From: a virus
Taxonomy: Duplodnaviria > Heunggongvirae > Uroviricota > Caudoviricetes
DNA: 22,684 bases
Strand: one strand, 5' to 3'
Virus record (IMG/VR): IMGVR_UViG_2711768076_000014
Coordinates: 1 to 22,684 of that record
Shown here one piece after another: positions 11,263 through 19,861 of this stretch. The translations under genes and the position numbers were made by a program. Under the pieces are notes generated by a model. The model saw nothing but the letters and a program-made list of their open reading frames with translations. It was not told where the DNA came from and did no database searches. Every line of letters starts with the position of its first letter. The first letter of the stretch is position 1.

Positions 11263-12210
11263 TTAAATTTCATATTTTGAAATTTCGCTGATTACATCAT
11301 CCCCATATTTCTTAATCATGGAGGCAAAGAATTTATGTTCAATAAATTTCGCATAGCCTAATTCTCCTTTAAGGGTTAGAATTTCTTTCTCAGATAAAAC
11401 CCCACACACATAATAATGTATTTTACTTCTTAAAAGACGCTTTCTATCACGACCTAAAGACAAATAACCATCAGTCGTAATAGTTACACCAGTTACATGT
11501 CTATTAAACTTCCTTGAGGTAAAAACTGTTTTCTCATGGTTTATTTTAATATTCCTAAGATTTACTACGTTAAGAACTTCCCTTACTAACTTAGGAACAT
11601 CAAATAAAGCTCCTTTGACTTTGGTGCTAAACGTAAGATCATCAGCATACCTTGAGTAGGTAATACCCAAATCCTTGCATCTTTTCGATATTTCCTCATC
11701 GAAGAAATACATTACTGTATTTGAAATAATGGGAGAAGAAGGTGCTCCAACACTTAGGCGTAACGGGCTATTTCTTCTTAACTTCCAGAAGAAAAGATTT
11801 TTAAGAACAAAGATATCAGTATCAGTTAGTTCAACGCCATAATCTTTTAAGACAGATAAAAGATTATGGGGTTTGATACTCATAAAAAAGTTTTTAAAAT
11901 CCATTTTAAGCAAATAATCATTATTACAATGCATTAACGCATTAGATCTAATACTTTTATCGGCTTCATAAGCGAAAGCATTTTCATGAACTTTCAAATT
12001 AGCCAACATATGATTGATTACTACCTTCTGTAAGGCTTTAACTTGCCTAGCTGGTTGTGCAATTAATCTATATCCATTACCATTTCTTTTGGCGATAGGA
12101 TAAATTTTATATCTGCGTGGAATAGTAACAATATACCTTTTAGCCTCTTCTTCGCTAAGAAAAAGACCTTTTGAAATATAACTTAGCAACTCCATTCTAA
12201 GCCCCTCCAC
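11263..12210 (-). CDS. Retron-type reverse transcriptase, 315 aa
   Basis: RT blocks YRLIAQPARQVKALQKVV, LKMDFKNFFMSI, SVGAPSSPIISN, YSRYADDLTFS (YADD catalytic box) and VTGVTIT (retron VTG signature); size as for Ec73/Ec86-class retron RTs. Confidence 0.85.
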   Translation of the reverse strand: MEGLRMELLSYISKGLFLSEEEAKRYIVTIPRRYKIYPIAKRNGNGYRLIAQPARQVKALQKVVINHMLANLKVHENAFAYEADKSIRSNALMHCNNDYLLKMDFKNFFMSIKPHNLLSVLKDYGVELTDTDIFVLKNLFFWKLRRNSPLRLSVGAPSSPIISNTVMYFFDEEISKRCKDLGITYSRYADDLTFSTKVKGALFDVPKLVREVLNVVNLRNIKINHEKTVFTSRKFNRHVTGVTITTDGYLSLGRDRKRLLRSKIHYYVCGVLSEKEILTLKGELGYAKFIEHKFFASMIKKYGDDVISEISKYEI

Positions 12211-13183
12211 GCACGATATTGATTTGATTTAGAGCATTTTTCCTTTTTTTTGCAGTCTCGTCCATATCTTTAGCATCCATACTTAAGTAAGATTGTCGGA
12301 TTGCAACCTTAATATTCATAGAATCCTTTATTTTACCACTAGCACTGATACCAAATTTAAGTTTACTCTCTCTATGCCCTCGGGAATAGAAGTAGTCTGT
12401 ACCACTGTAAGATAATGATGAGGTTAATTTCATCTTTTCAAGCAAATAAAGTAAACGAGTTATTATTTTTTGTGGCACATCTATATCCATACAGTATAGT
12501 GCCCACTCTATTTCGCTTTTCTTGATTGGTTCTGATAAAAGGATTATTTCGTAAATCAATATAGCTAGGTGCCCAGTATTTTCAGGGTTATATCGCTCCG
12601 TTTTTTTTACACGTTTTAATCTAGAATGAATATCATGGTAGATAAGCTCAACCTCATCATATTTCATACGATCCGATTTTGGCCATGGATAAACTGATAC
12701 TGAGGCCTCATCTATTTTTTTAAGATACTCCAAAGGGCCTAAATATATAAAAGAAGATCTAGCAGGAATATTTTTTCGTTCATTTCCCTCAATCTCCTCA
12801 AATGGTGCGACTACATGCAATTTTTGAGCTAGAGACTTCCTATTAACAAATAATCCAAGCTCAACTAACGAACCTGCACTTTCTAAACAGATAACAACTA
12901 ATGTTGAAATATTTGCAATATCATCTTCAAAGCTCATTAGATCTGAATATGCCCCCTCTCTGAAGTAGTCATGGAAGTTCTCAGCTAAAATAAGAGAATC
13001 TGACAATTCAGGTTTGTGGCCTGCTACATAAGTAAATATGTGGTCTCGTACACTCATTGGAGTGGAATTTATCGGCCCACCACAAACAAAAATAATAGGA
13101 GGCATGAACTGAACAGTGAAATTTGAATATTTCAAATCTCCAAACTGCTCTTGTAATGCATTCATATATGCAGAATCACTCAC
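12197..13183 (-). CDS. Retron accessory/effector protein (type II-like, possibly nucleoside deoxyribosyltransferase-like plus DNA-binding), 328 aa
   Basis: Lies between the msd hairpin and the RT gene and overlaps the RT start by 14 bp; AT-rich like the RT gene; family assigned by context only. Start is GTG at 13183 or ATG at 13165. Confidence 0.6.
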   Translation of the reverse strand: MSDSAYMNALQEQFGDLKYSNFTVQFMPPIIFVCGGPINSTPMSVRDHIFTYVAGHKPELSDSLILAENFHDYFREGAYSDLMSFEDDIANISTLVVICLESAGSLVELGLFVNRKSLAQKLHVVAPFEEIEGNERKNIPARSSFIYLGPLEYLKKIDEASVSVYPWPKSDRMKYDEVELIYHDIHSRLKRVKKTERYNPENTGHLAILIYEIILLSEPIKKSEIEWALYCMDIDVPQKIITRLLYLLEKMKLTSSLSYSGTDYFYSRGHRESKLKFGISASGKIKDSMNIKVAIRQSYLSMDAKDMDETAKKRKNALNQINIVRGGA

Positions 13184-13204
13184 CCTTGTGACCCCCTACT
13201 CCAA

Positions 13205-13480
13205 AAGAAAAGGTGGCTAACCAGCCACCTTCGACCCCTTTACCTAAAGGATGCGCTTTAGACTTTCAGCAAGATCCTGAATGGAACGCAGTGGCATGAA
13301 GGATCTTGCTGAAAGTGCTAAAGCGCAACCCTAAATGTCCACAATAAATTAGTGTCTGGCGAAACGCCCGACAAGGATAAACCTGTTATCCCGCGCGTAA
13401 AGGTAGGGTTAGGATAGCAAAAGATGCGAGATTTTCAATAAGTAAGCGTACTGGCTGCCAGCAACCACCTAAACCATTGA
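13205..13480 (-). ncRNA. Retron msr-msd non-coding RNA (approximate bounds)
   Basis: Upstream of the effector gene: short stem-loops (ggataa/ttatcc 13374-13390; ggcg/cgcc about 13354-13364; aacccta/tagggtt) typical of msr, plus a 27-bp near-perfect hairpin at 13254..13325 typical of msd; a1/a2 repeats not found with confidence. Confidence 0.5.
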
Positions 13481-13810
13481 CATTTAAACAAAAATAAATC
13501 TAACAATTGAAAGCAATACCTTATTGAATACAGCATTCTTATATCTCTCTTGATATCGCAACATCACAATTATCACCGTTAGTGCGGGCAGCCCCGCACG
13601 CCTGCCCGCTTCGCTTAACAGACTGGTTTTCATGCACCTCATTAATCGTCTCAGAAGCCAGCACACAAGGGTTTTCTCGTCAAAAATGGTGCATAAGACT
13701 CATGCGTTTTCATGCGCCATAGACATGCACTCATGCGCTCTCATGTCAGCCAGGAAAAGGGGGTAAAAAATCCCGGTACTGGACCGGGATTACGTGGGCG
13801 TTCTTTCTAA

Positions 13811-14083
13811 TCAGACAGGAATCTGCTGACGGCTTGACAGTTTTGACGCGGAGCCATAGCGATTGAGCGTTTTCTGTTGTTTTTCCGGGGATTGTGCTTT
13901 GTCTGATAGCTGTTCATTGCGCCGGGGTTTCATGATTATCTTATCCACACTCTCCAGTGCCGTAAATGTGCAGGAACATTCCAGATTCTGGCACTGATAC
14001 CACGAGCGTTTAACTGACGGAGCTTCATAGGCTGCTGTTCTGGCGTGTGCAACTGTACCGCATTCCGGACATTTAAGTGCCAT
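13811..14083 (-). CDS. Ogr/Delta-family zinc-finger late-gene transcriptional activator, about 90 aa
   Basis: MALKCPECG...YQCQNLECSCTF matches the Cys4 Ogr/Delta pattern; AGGAG sits 8 nt before the ATG at 14083 (the six-frame ORF extends to a GTG at 14092). Confidence 0.8.
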   Translation of the reverse strand: MALKCPECGTVAHARTAAYEAPSVKRSWYQCQNLECSCTFTALESVDKIIMKPRRNEQLSDKAQSPEKQQKTLNRYGSASKLSSRQQIPV

Positions 14084-14088
14084 TAATA

Positions 14089-14640
14089 TCACTCCTGTAT
14101 ATCGTTAATGTCATTCAGGCGTTGCTGAAAACGCAGATGTTGTGCCGGGGTGTAAGAACCCTGGCAATCACGAATCATCCCGGGGTCAGGCATCAAACCG
14201 GATTCATCCAGGATCTCACGATAATCCCCGGCAATTTCAGGCGGTGTTATTGCCAGCTGGCGAACCAGAGCACTGCGTAATATACGGGACGCAACGTCAA
14301 CCCCTCCGCGCCCCTTCAGGAACGGAGCCAGTGCAGATGTCAGGGCTGCCCCATTCGCCTGCATAAAATTGCTGAGAGCGGCTTCTGTGCAGGCCTCCAT
14401 CAGTAAATGCTGCGAGTAAATGCATTCGCGCGCAGCACAGTTAATTTGCCATTTCAGCACATCCAGACGTTCCCGCAGTAATTCGAGCTGTCGGGCATAA
14501 TCTGCTGGTTTTTCTGTGGCAGCGAGGAGAGATGTTATCTGTTGTTCAACGGCTTTTCGGCTCTCATTATGTCCGGCCCACAGAATACGGGCATTCCGAA
14601 AACTGGTAAGTGCCTGGTCAGGCGTGCCTCGGGCCGTCAT
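14089..14640 (-). CDS. psu: Psu-like polarity-suppression / capsid-decoration protein, 183 aa
   Basis: Blocks LKWQINCAAR, FMQANGAALTSALAPFL and YTPAQHL resemble my recollection of P4 Psu (190 aa); ATGA overlap with the upstream gene. Confidence 0.55.
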   Translation of the reverse strand: MTARGTPDQALTSFRNARILWAGHNESRKAVEQQITSLLAATEKPADYARQLELLRERLDVLKWQINCAARECIYSQHLLMEACTEAALSNFMQANGAALTSALAPFLKGRGGVDVASRILRSALVRQLAITPPEIAGDYREILDESGLMPDPGMIRDCQGSYTPAQHLRFQQRLNDINDIQE

Positions 14641-15380
14641 ACTGCTTTCTCCTTCTCAGCAAGTTCCTGACGAACCTTAATTTTATGCATAGCTGCCGGA
14701 GAGAGTTGATTACTGAAATCCAGACGCGCCGCATAATCCGGGGCAACTCCCGCCAGTTTAAACACCGGGTCCTGCTCAGGCATCGCATCGTTAGCCAGAG
14801 CCGGTCTGGTGATATGTTTATGAATAAAGTCTTTCAGCACTGTGTCCGGGTCATTAACTGAATTCACCACACCCACAACGGCACTGGCTTCCCGGCCCAT
14901 TGTGGATTTAAGCAGGCTCAGCGTCTGAATAAGCGCTTTTCCATGCGACTGCATAAAATCCTCCCAGATTTGTTTTGCGCGAATATCCACAAGAATGTTA
15001 TGCGCGTGGATATACTTTCCGGCTAATTCTGCAGCTTTCTGCGGCAAAAGTGCATTTTCGCTTTCCTGAGCCGCCAGCAGCTCATCAAAATCCTCAAGCG
15101 TTTCTCGTCCCAGCGCAATTTCCGTGCGCAGTTTTTTCATTTCCTTTGAGACCACGCCCTGACTTTCACGAAACAGCGTGCGCCACTCCTCATTCAGTGT
15201 GTTCGTCGTGGCTTCCATTTCAGCGCGACGCTGGCGGATTGTCGCAATATTATCCGCTGCCGCTTTCTGCTGACGACGTGCTTCAAGCCATGCGTTTCTG
15301 GCTGTGTTCATGGTTTCCAGTGCCCGCTGCGTTACAGCCGGAAAAGTGGAAAGGTTGTTATTCACTGCGGTGTTGTTCAT
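14637..15380 (-). CDS. Sid-like external scaffold (capsid size determination) protein, 247 aa, tentative
   Basis: Size close to P4 Sid (244 aa), Ala/Glu/Arg-rich helical character, first gene of the operon with Psu and Ogr/Delta, preceded by AGGAG and TGT-N12-ACA dyads; no direct motif match recalled. Confidence 0.4.
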   Translation of the reverse strand: MNNTAVNNNLSTFPAVTQRALETMNTARNAWLEARRQQKAAADNIATIRQRRAEMEATTNTLNEEWRTLFRESQGVVSKEMKKLRTEIALGRETLEDFDELLAAQESENALLPQKAAELAGKYIHAHNILVDIRAKQIWEDFMQSHGKALIQTLSLLKSTMGREASAVVGVVNSVNDPDTVLKDFIHKHITRPALANDAMPEQDPVFKLAGVAPDYAARLDFSNQLSPAAMHKIKVRQELAEKEKAV

Positions 15381-15415
15381 GACTTCTCCTGTCGGGTTGG
15401 TTCGTTACGTCAATT

Positions 15416-15471
15416 GTGTCGTGGCTGACACAAGCACACTATCGGTGCTCAGTGTGTGGTGGCTGGCACAA
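15416..15471 (-). promoter_or_regulatory. Two TGT-N12-ACA dyads (putative Ogr/Delta-dependent late promoter of the sid-psu-delta operon)
   Basis: tgtGTCGTGGCTGACaca at 15416-15433 and tgtGTGGTGGCTGGCaca at 15454-15471, 36 to 82 bp upstream of the sid-like ATG; P2/P4 late promoters carry this element. Confidence 0.5.
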
Positions 15472-15558
15472 CGGACGCTTGCGGTTATTCAGACGTGGCT
15501 ATGAAAGCCAGCCAGATAAAAATGCCCTCTGTTTCAGTCTGCTTTATGTCCCTGATGC

Positions 15559-15747
15559 GGTGGAACAGGTGAAACATGTGTTACAGCTTTGTTTTATAAG
15601 GCATTTATATACACTGCACCGGTGGAACATCGCGGGTAACAAGGTGGAACAGCGGATTGGCTGGCGTTACATCTGTTCCACCTCACTATTTCAGAAGGTG
15701 GAACAGGTTCAGCCCTGTAAAATACGGTTGTTCCACCTGTTTCACCT
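15559..15747. repeat. Iteron array: at least 6 copies of GGTGGAACAG / CTGTTCCACC in both orientations (putative ori or crr)
   Basis: Copies at 15559, 15621 (variant), 15643, 15673 (inverted), 15697, 15728 (inverted), plus tgtttcacc at 15739; immediately downstream of the primase gene; resembles the P4 alpha-binding octamer TGTTCACC (from memory). Confidence 0.5.
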
Positions 15748-15780
15748 GTTACCCTTAATAAATAAGACTCACGCAAAGCC

Positions 15781-18453
15781 TTAACCCGGCACCTCGCTGT
15801 TGAAGACATAGAGCCTGCGGGGATTCATCTCTGGCGGGCGAATGGTTGTCTGGAGTTTGCCATCAGTGGAGGGCAGCAGGTATCCACGATCTGCGCACAG
15901 ACGCGCCACCTTGCGCGGGTCAAATCCCCTGCAGATTTCTTTCCAGCCGGACGGCATGACATAGAACGTAGTGACAGCTTCCGTGCCCTGCGCGGTACTG
16001 CCTTTCTCCACCCTGCGCCAGCCCACCATATTGCCGGGGCGGTTGCGCTCGTCATACCAGTCTGCAAAGCGGCTGTACTGATTCGCGGTAAAGAAACTGC
16101 GAACCTGCTCCAGTGCGGCGATATCTTCCTGATTGGCGGTGTGCCCGCGATCTTTCAGCCATGCGTTCAGGCAGACGCGGGTTGCCCGCAGTGCTTCACC
16201 CTCAGGCCAGCCGGTGATACCCAGACGGGTTGCCAGTTCACCTGCCATCGCCACCAGAGCAAAGCGGTTCACAGCCCGGCCCACCTGATTGCCTGCATCT
16301 TTCGGAGTCAGGGCGGCAGCATATTCCTTCATCAGCGATTTTGCCTGTGCCGTTAGTCCGTTAAGATCAGCGGTCAGTGCTTTCAGCCACTCCCGGAACG
16401 GCGAACCGTAGTAGCAGGACGTGGCCCATTCAAGATGCTCTGCCAGAGCCTTGCCGCTGTCGAAGCCGTGCAGCTCCTCAAAAACGCCAAACTTCCCGGA
16501 ATCGCTGGGGATCTGGATCATCCTGACTTCCATCCCGGCAAAAGTACGCTCACCGGCCTTTGCCGCATGTTCGGTCAGAGACAACTCGCCAGTTGAAAAG
16601 AACAACAGGCGCCAATGCTTACGGGTACGCAGCTCACCGTCCGTACCGGCACGGCCCTTGCCCTGACCGTTTGCCAGCATGTAGGCGATATTGCCTGCCT
16701 CGCGTCCGTCAACTTCCCGGATCTCATCAAGCATCATGGCGGCATCGTTGCGGCGGCTGGCGCATCCCTCCAGCGCGTTGCCGGTGGCCCGCCATGTCTG
16801 CCAGTAGTCAGGCCCGCCGCAGACGGAGGTTGCCGCTTTCATGGTGGTGGTCTTACCGTCTGTCGATTCCCCTTTGAGGTGGTAGCCGCCGCCGTCCATA
16901 CCAACCAGCCGTAACAGTGGTGCAGCAAAGGCCAGGCTGACAGCAAATGCCACGCGGGAGTTGCCGGTACAGTAGCGGGATACATGCTCCCGCCATTCCT
17001 CTGTTGTGCCCGACACGCGGAAATCACGCCCCTGCACGGAAGTGGTCTGGAGAATGACACCCTCTGCACCTTCACCGCTGACCTCATCCTGCAGGACGTA
17101 AACCTGACCATGCCAGCCAGTACGACTGACGCAGGTCACGCGGCGTTCCGGTTTACACAGTGAGATATATTCCATCAGGCGTGCGCGTGCCTCACCGGTG
17201 GTGCTGATATAAGACAGCCCGTTAACCAGCAATACCCGGCGCAGTTCCTCACCACTGCCGCTCAGCATTTCCATCGGCATCGCCCAGCGGCGACACTCAC
17301 CCCACGTATCTTCCCATTCCAGCAGTCGTCCGAAGTTACCGCCATCGGCATCGCAGGTGATTGCCGTCACGCGCAGCGGGCTGCATATTTTGACGTTCTG
17401 GATCTCCGTCTCACCGTTGCGCTGTACCTGCTTTTCATACCAGAGATATTCCTGGGTAAGACGGAACCCGTGCGGCAGTTGCGTGCGGCCCTCCCCGCAC
17501 AGCACCAGACCGTTACGAAAGGCTTCACGGGCGCGGGTAATACCGTGCTCCCGATGGAAGTCATTCCAGTCGGCCTTAATCTCTCCCGGTGGCAGCGTCA
17601 TCCAGCCGCCAACAGCTTTTGCCGCCCGTTCAGCAAAGGCTCTGCCGGGATTCTCACCCCCGTCCTGAAAATCGTTATCACCGGCGATGATAATTTTTAC
17701 CTCAGGCCAGCGTGCCCGCAGCGACTGCGCCACATTGGGCAGGTTGCCCGCAGATATGGCAGCCACTACGCATCCGGCAGTGAGCTGACTTACCGTCAGC
17801 GCCGTAGCGTAACCTTCGGTAATCACCACCTGTACCGGTGGTTCAGACGGTAACGGGCTGAGCGACACAAACGCGCCTTTCATCGTGCTGCCGGGCAGTA
17901 TGCTTTTTTCACCCGTCGGGGCGATAAGCTGTGCACCAGTCACGGCTCCGGTGTTGGTCGTGAGTGGTAACAGCAGGGAACCGGCAGGAAAATCCTTACC
18001 GCTGATATGCTGCACGCTTCCGGTCAGAGAGGCCGGGTATCCGGCGAACCCTTTTCCTGTCAGATAGGCGCTTTCTCCCGTGTGGCTCTCTTTCATCAGC
18101 GCCGCCACGGTAAGACCCATGTCGCGTTTAGGGGCTTTTTTTCTGGCAGGCTTAACAGGCAGTTCCTGCACATCCGGCACATTAAGCACCTGCGCCACCT
18201 CCTGCGCAGCCTTTCTGACGCTGTAACCGGTTACGAGCTTAACCAGATCCAGACCGTCACCATTGCCACACTGGCTGCAGATCCACGTCCCGCGCCCGTC
18301 AAGGTCATCAAGGCGAAAACGATCCTTGCCCCCACATTTCGGGCAGGGACCGTGCCTGCCGTTTTCAGGTACATCAATACGCAGCATCTGGAGAATAACG
18401 GGCCATTTCCCCCGTGCGGCGGCTGAAATCTGCGTAACCGTCTGTATTGTCAT
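15781..18453 (-). CDS. Phage/plasmid primase-helicase (P4 alpha-like), 890 aa
   Basis: N-terminal zinc-binding CPKCGGKDRF...CSQCGNGDG, Toprim-like IIAGDNDFQDGGENPG, P-loop GESTDGKTT; largest ORF of the element. Confidence 0.85.
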   Translation of the reverse strand: MTIQTVTQISAAARGKWPVILQMLRIDVPENGRHGPCPKCGGKDRFRLDDLDGRGTWICSQCGNGDGLDLVKLVTGYSVRKAAQEVAQVLNVPDVQELPVKPARKKAPKRDMGLTVAALMKESHTGESAYLTGKGFAGYPASLTGSVQHISGKDFPAGSLLLPLTTNTGAVTGAQLIAPTGEKSILPGSTMKGAFVSLSPLPSEPPVQVVITEGYATALTVSQLTAGCVVAAISAGNLPNVAQSLRARWPEVKIIIAGDNDFQDGGENPGRAFAERAAKAVGGWMTLPPGEIKADWNDFHREHGITRAREAFRNGLVLCGEGRTQLPHGFRLTQEYLWYEKQVQRNGETEIQNVKICSPLRVTAITCDADGGNFGRLLEWEDTWGECRRWAMPMEMLSGSGEELRRVLLVNGLSYISTTGEARARLMEYISLCKPERRVTCVSRTGWHGQVYVLQDEVSGEGAEGVILQTTSVQGRDFRVSGTTEEWREHVSRYCTGNSRVAFAVSLAFAAPLLRLVGMDGGGYHLKGESTDGKTTTMKAATSVCGGPDYWQTWRATGNALEGCASRRNDAAMMLDEIREVDGREAGNIAYMLANGQGKGRAGTDGELRTRKHWRLLFFSTGELSLTEHAAKAGERTFAGMEVRMIQIPSDSGKFGVFEELHGFDSGKALAEHLEWATSCYYGSPFREWLKALTADLNGLTAQAKSLMKEYAAALTPKDAGNQVGRAVNRFALVAMAGELATRLGITGWPEGEALRATRVCLNAWLKDRGHTANQEDIAALEQVRSFFTANQYSRFADWYDERNRPGNMVGWRRVEKGSTAQGTEAVTTFYVMPSGWKEICRGFDPRKVARLCADRGYLLPSTDGKLQTTIRPPEMNPRRLYVFNSEVPG

Positions 18454-18833
18454 ACTTCCCCCTGATACAACGTCACACCGGTACTGCAGAAGTCATCAAA
18501 GGCCGCCGGAAGCGTGCGGTACATCTCCGCCATCACTTCACAGCCGCGCGCGGTCAGTACCGGCGGCGCGGTCAGCAGTGACGGCTCCAGCATGTCAGTC
18601 AGCAGTGCCAGCGCGGCAGCGGCGCCCTGTGCTTCGCCGTACTCGTTAATCAGTACGCACTCGATATGCAGCGCAATGGCCATTTCAATACGCTCCACCG
18701 TCAGGCTGTGCGGACCATACTGATCACTGCCAGTTTCGTTCAGCATTTTCTGCCGCCATGCTGAAGCAATAGCCCGCCGGTAAAGCGCGGTGGTCATTTC
18801 TGCCGGGAAAATGGAAACCTGCGGCTGGTTCAT
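18450..18833 (-). CDS. Hypothetical P4-like small protein, 127 aa
   Basis: AGGAGG 6 nt upstream of ATG; stop overlaps the primase start (ATGA); start overlaps the upstream ORF stop. Confidence 0.5.
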   Translation of the reverse strand: MNQPQVSIFPAEMTTALYRRAIASAWRQKMLNETGSDQYGPHSLTVERIEMAIALHIECVLINEYGEAQGAAAALALLTDMLEPSLLTAPPVLTARGCEVMAEMYRTLPAAFDDFCSTGVTLYQGEV

Positions 18834-19114
18834 CTGGCACCTCCTTCAATCAGTGCGCAGCTGTGTGCAATATCCGTCAAATCTGCCAGCAGGTACTCCA
18901 TCAGCGCGGCGACACCATGCGCACAGCCAGCGTCCAGTGCTCCGGCCTGAGACGGGTATTCAGAAAAGAGAAGCTGGAGCATGTCGCAGGCATTTCTTGC
19001 GCGGGTCAGTTTTCCGAAACTGTCCTCTGACAACCCATAGGCAAAAGCACCGGTATTGTGTTTTTCAGGCAAAGTGTGGCCCTGAGCACCGTTGTGCCCG
19101 TTTGAAATATTCAT
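18830..19114 (-). CDS. Hypothetical P4-like small protein, 94 aa
   Basis: GGAG 6 nt upstream of ATG; translationally coupled to the downstream gene. Confidence 0.45.
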   Translation of the reverse strand: MNISNGHNGAQGHTLPEKHNTGAFAYGLSEDSFGKLTRARNACDMLQLLFSEYPSQAGALDAGCAHGVAALMEYLLADLTDIAHSCALIEGGAR

Positions 19115-19145
19115 CGTGGATTACTCCGTTTTCAGCGGTATTTTG

Positions 19146-19505
19146 TCAGAGAAACTTTGAATAGTGACCGTCGTCAGGCTCAGCAGAACGCCGTATGCTA
19201 CGCTCCCGCCAGCGGATAAATAGCACAGACGGATGCAGTGTCAGCGGGCCGGAACCACTACCGCCAGCAGGAGCTGGTGCAGGCTTCAAGAGCGGTACAT
19301 CAAACAGGCGCGTATACCGCTGTTCAAACCATGCCAGAGGGCAGGAAGAAAGCTGGTTGTCGCTGTCATGACGTATCAGCACTTCACAGCTGAATTCAGG
19401 ATTAACCAGCGCCACAGAGGGCGAGGCTTCTATTAATCGGATAATCGTGACCGTCCAGCCACGTTCATGCTGCCAGCGTTCGCCGGGGTGCGGATAATTA
19501 CGCAT
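19146..19505 (-). CDS. Hypothetical P4-like small protein, about 119 aa
   Basis: GGAGG 5 nt upstream of the ATG at 19505 (MRNYPHPGERWQ...); the six-frame ORF extends further to 19535. Confidence 0.45.
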   Translation of the reverse strand: MRNYPHPGERWQHERGWTVTIIRLIEASPSVALVNPEFSCEVLIRHDSDNQLSSCPLAWFEQRYTRLFDVPLLKPAPAPAGGSGSGPLTLHPSVLFIRWRERSIRRSAEPDDGHYSKFL

Positions 19506-19674
19506 GTTCACCTCCGCAGGGAATGCGCCCGGCAAAGCTCAGTACATAGTCCGGGGCAAGTCTGCGCCGCGCTGACCGCTCGTTATCTGCGGTGATCCTT
19601 AACATCACAGGACGGGCATTGCGTTGACTGCGGTTGATCGCCGCAAATAACCAGGTACACTTCTGTTTAGCCAT
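19498..19674 (-). CDS. Hypothetical small basic protein, about 58 aa
   Basis: GAGGT 7 nt upstream of the ATG at 19674 (MAKQKCTWLF...); stop overlaps the next gene start; C-terminal part of a longer six-frame ORF that I otherwise reject. Confidence 0.35.
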   Translation of the reverse strand: MAKQKCTWLFAAINRSQRNARPVMLRITADNERSARRRLAPDYVLSFAGRIPCGGEHA

Positions 19675-19750
19675 CTTCGTTACCTCATTTAGCGGATTGG
19701 TCAGAAGCCCGGTTAGTGTTGCTGCACTGTCGGGCTTCGCACTCACAAGG

Positions 19751-19840
19751 TGAATCGCACCTTTAATTTTAAAGCTACCCTTAAGTGAATCGCACTTCAA
19801 GCTTTTTATTATCATTTTTTTTGCATATACTGAATCGCAC
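19751..19840. promoter_or_regulatory. Three direct copies of TGAATCGCAC in the divergent control region
   Basis: Exact 10-mers at 19751-19760, 19786-19795 and 19831-19840, between the leftward small-gene cluster and the rightward 61-aa gene; the last copy overlaps a TATACT -10-like hexamer (19826-19831). Confidence 0.4.
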
Positions 19841-19861
19841 CTAACGCGAGGAGATCCAGTA

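Noticed and set aside
15416-15784. 122-aa plus-strand ORF
   Set aside because: Composed largely of the iteron repeats and late-promoter dyads; repeat-driven open frame rather than a gene.
16141-17853. Several 65-127 aa ORFs on both strands inside the primase gene
   Set aside because: Embedded in or antisense to a long, motif-supported CDS in GC-rich DNA where spurious open frames are common.
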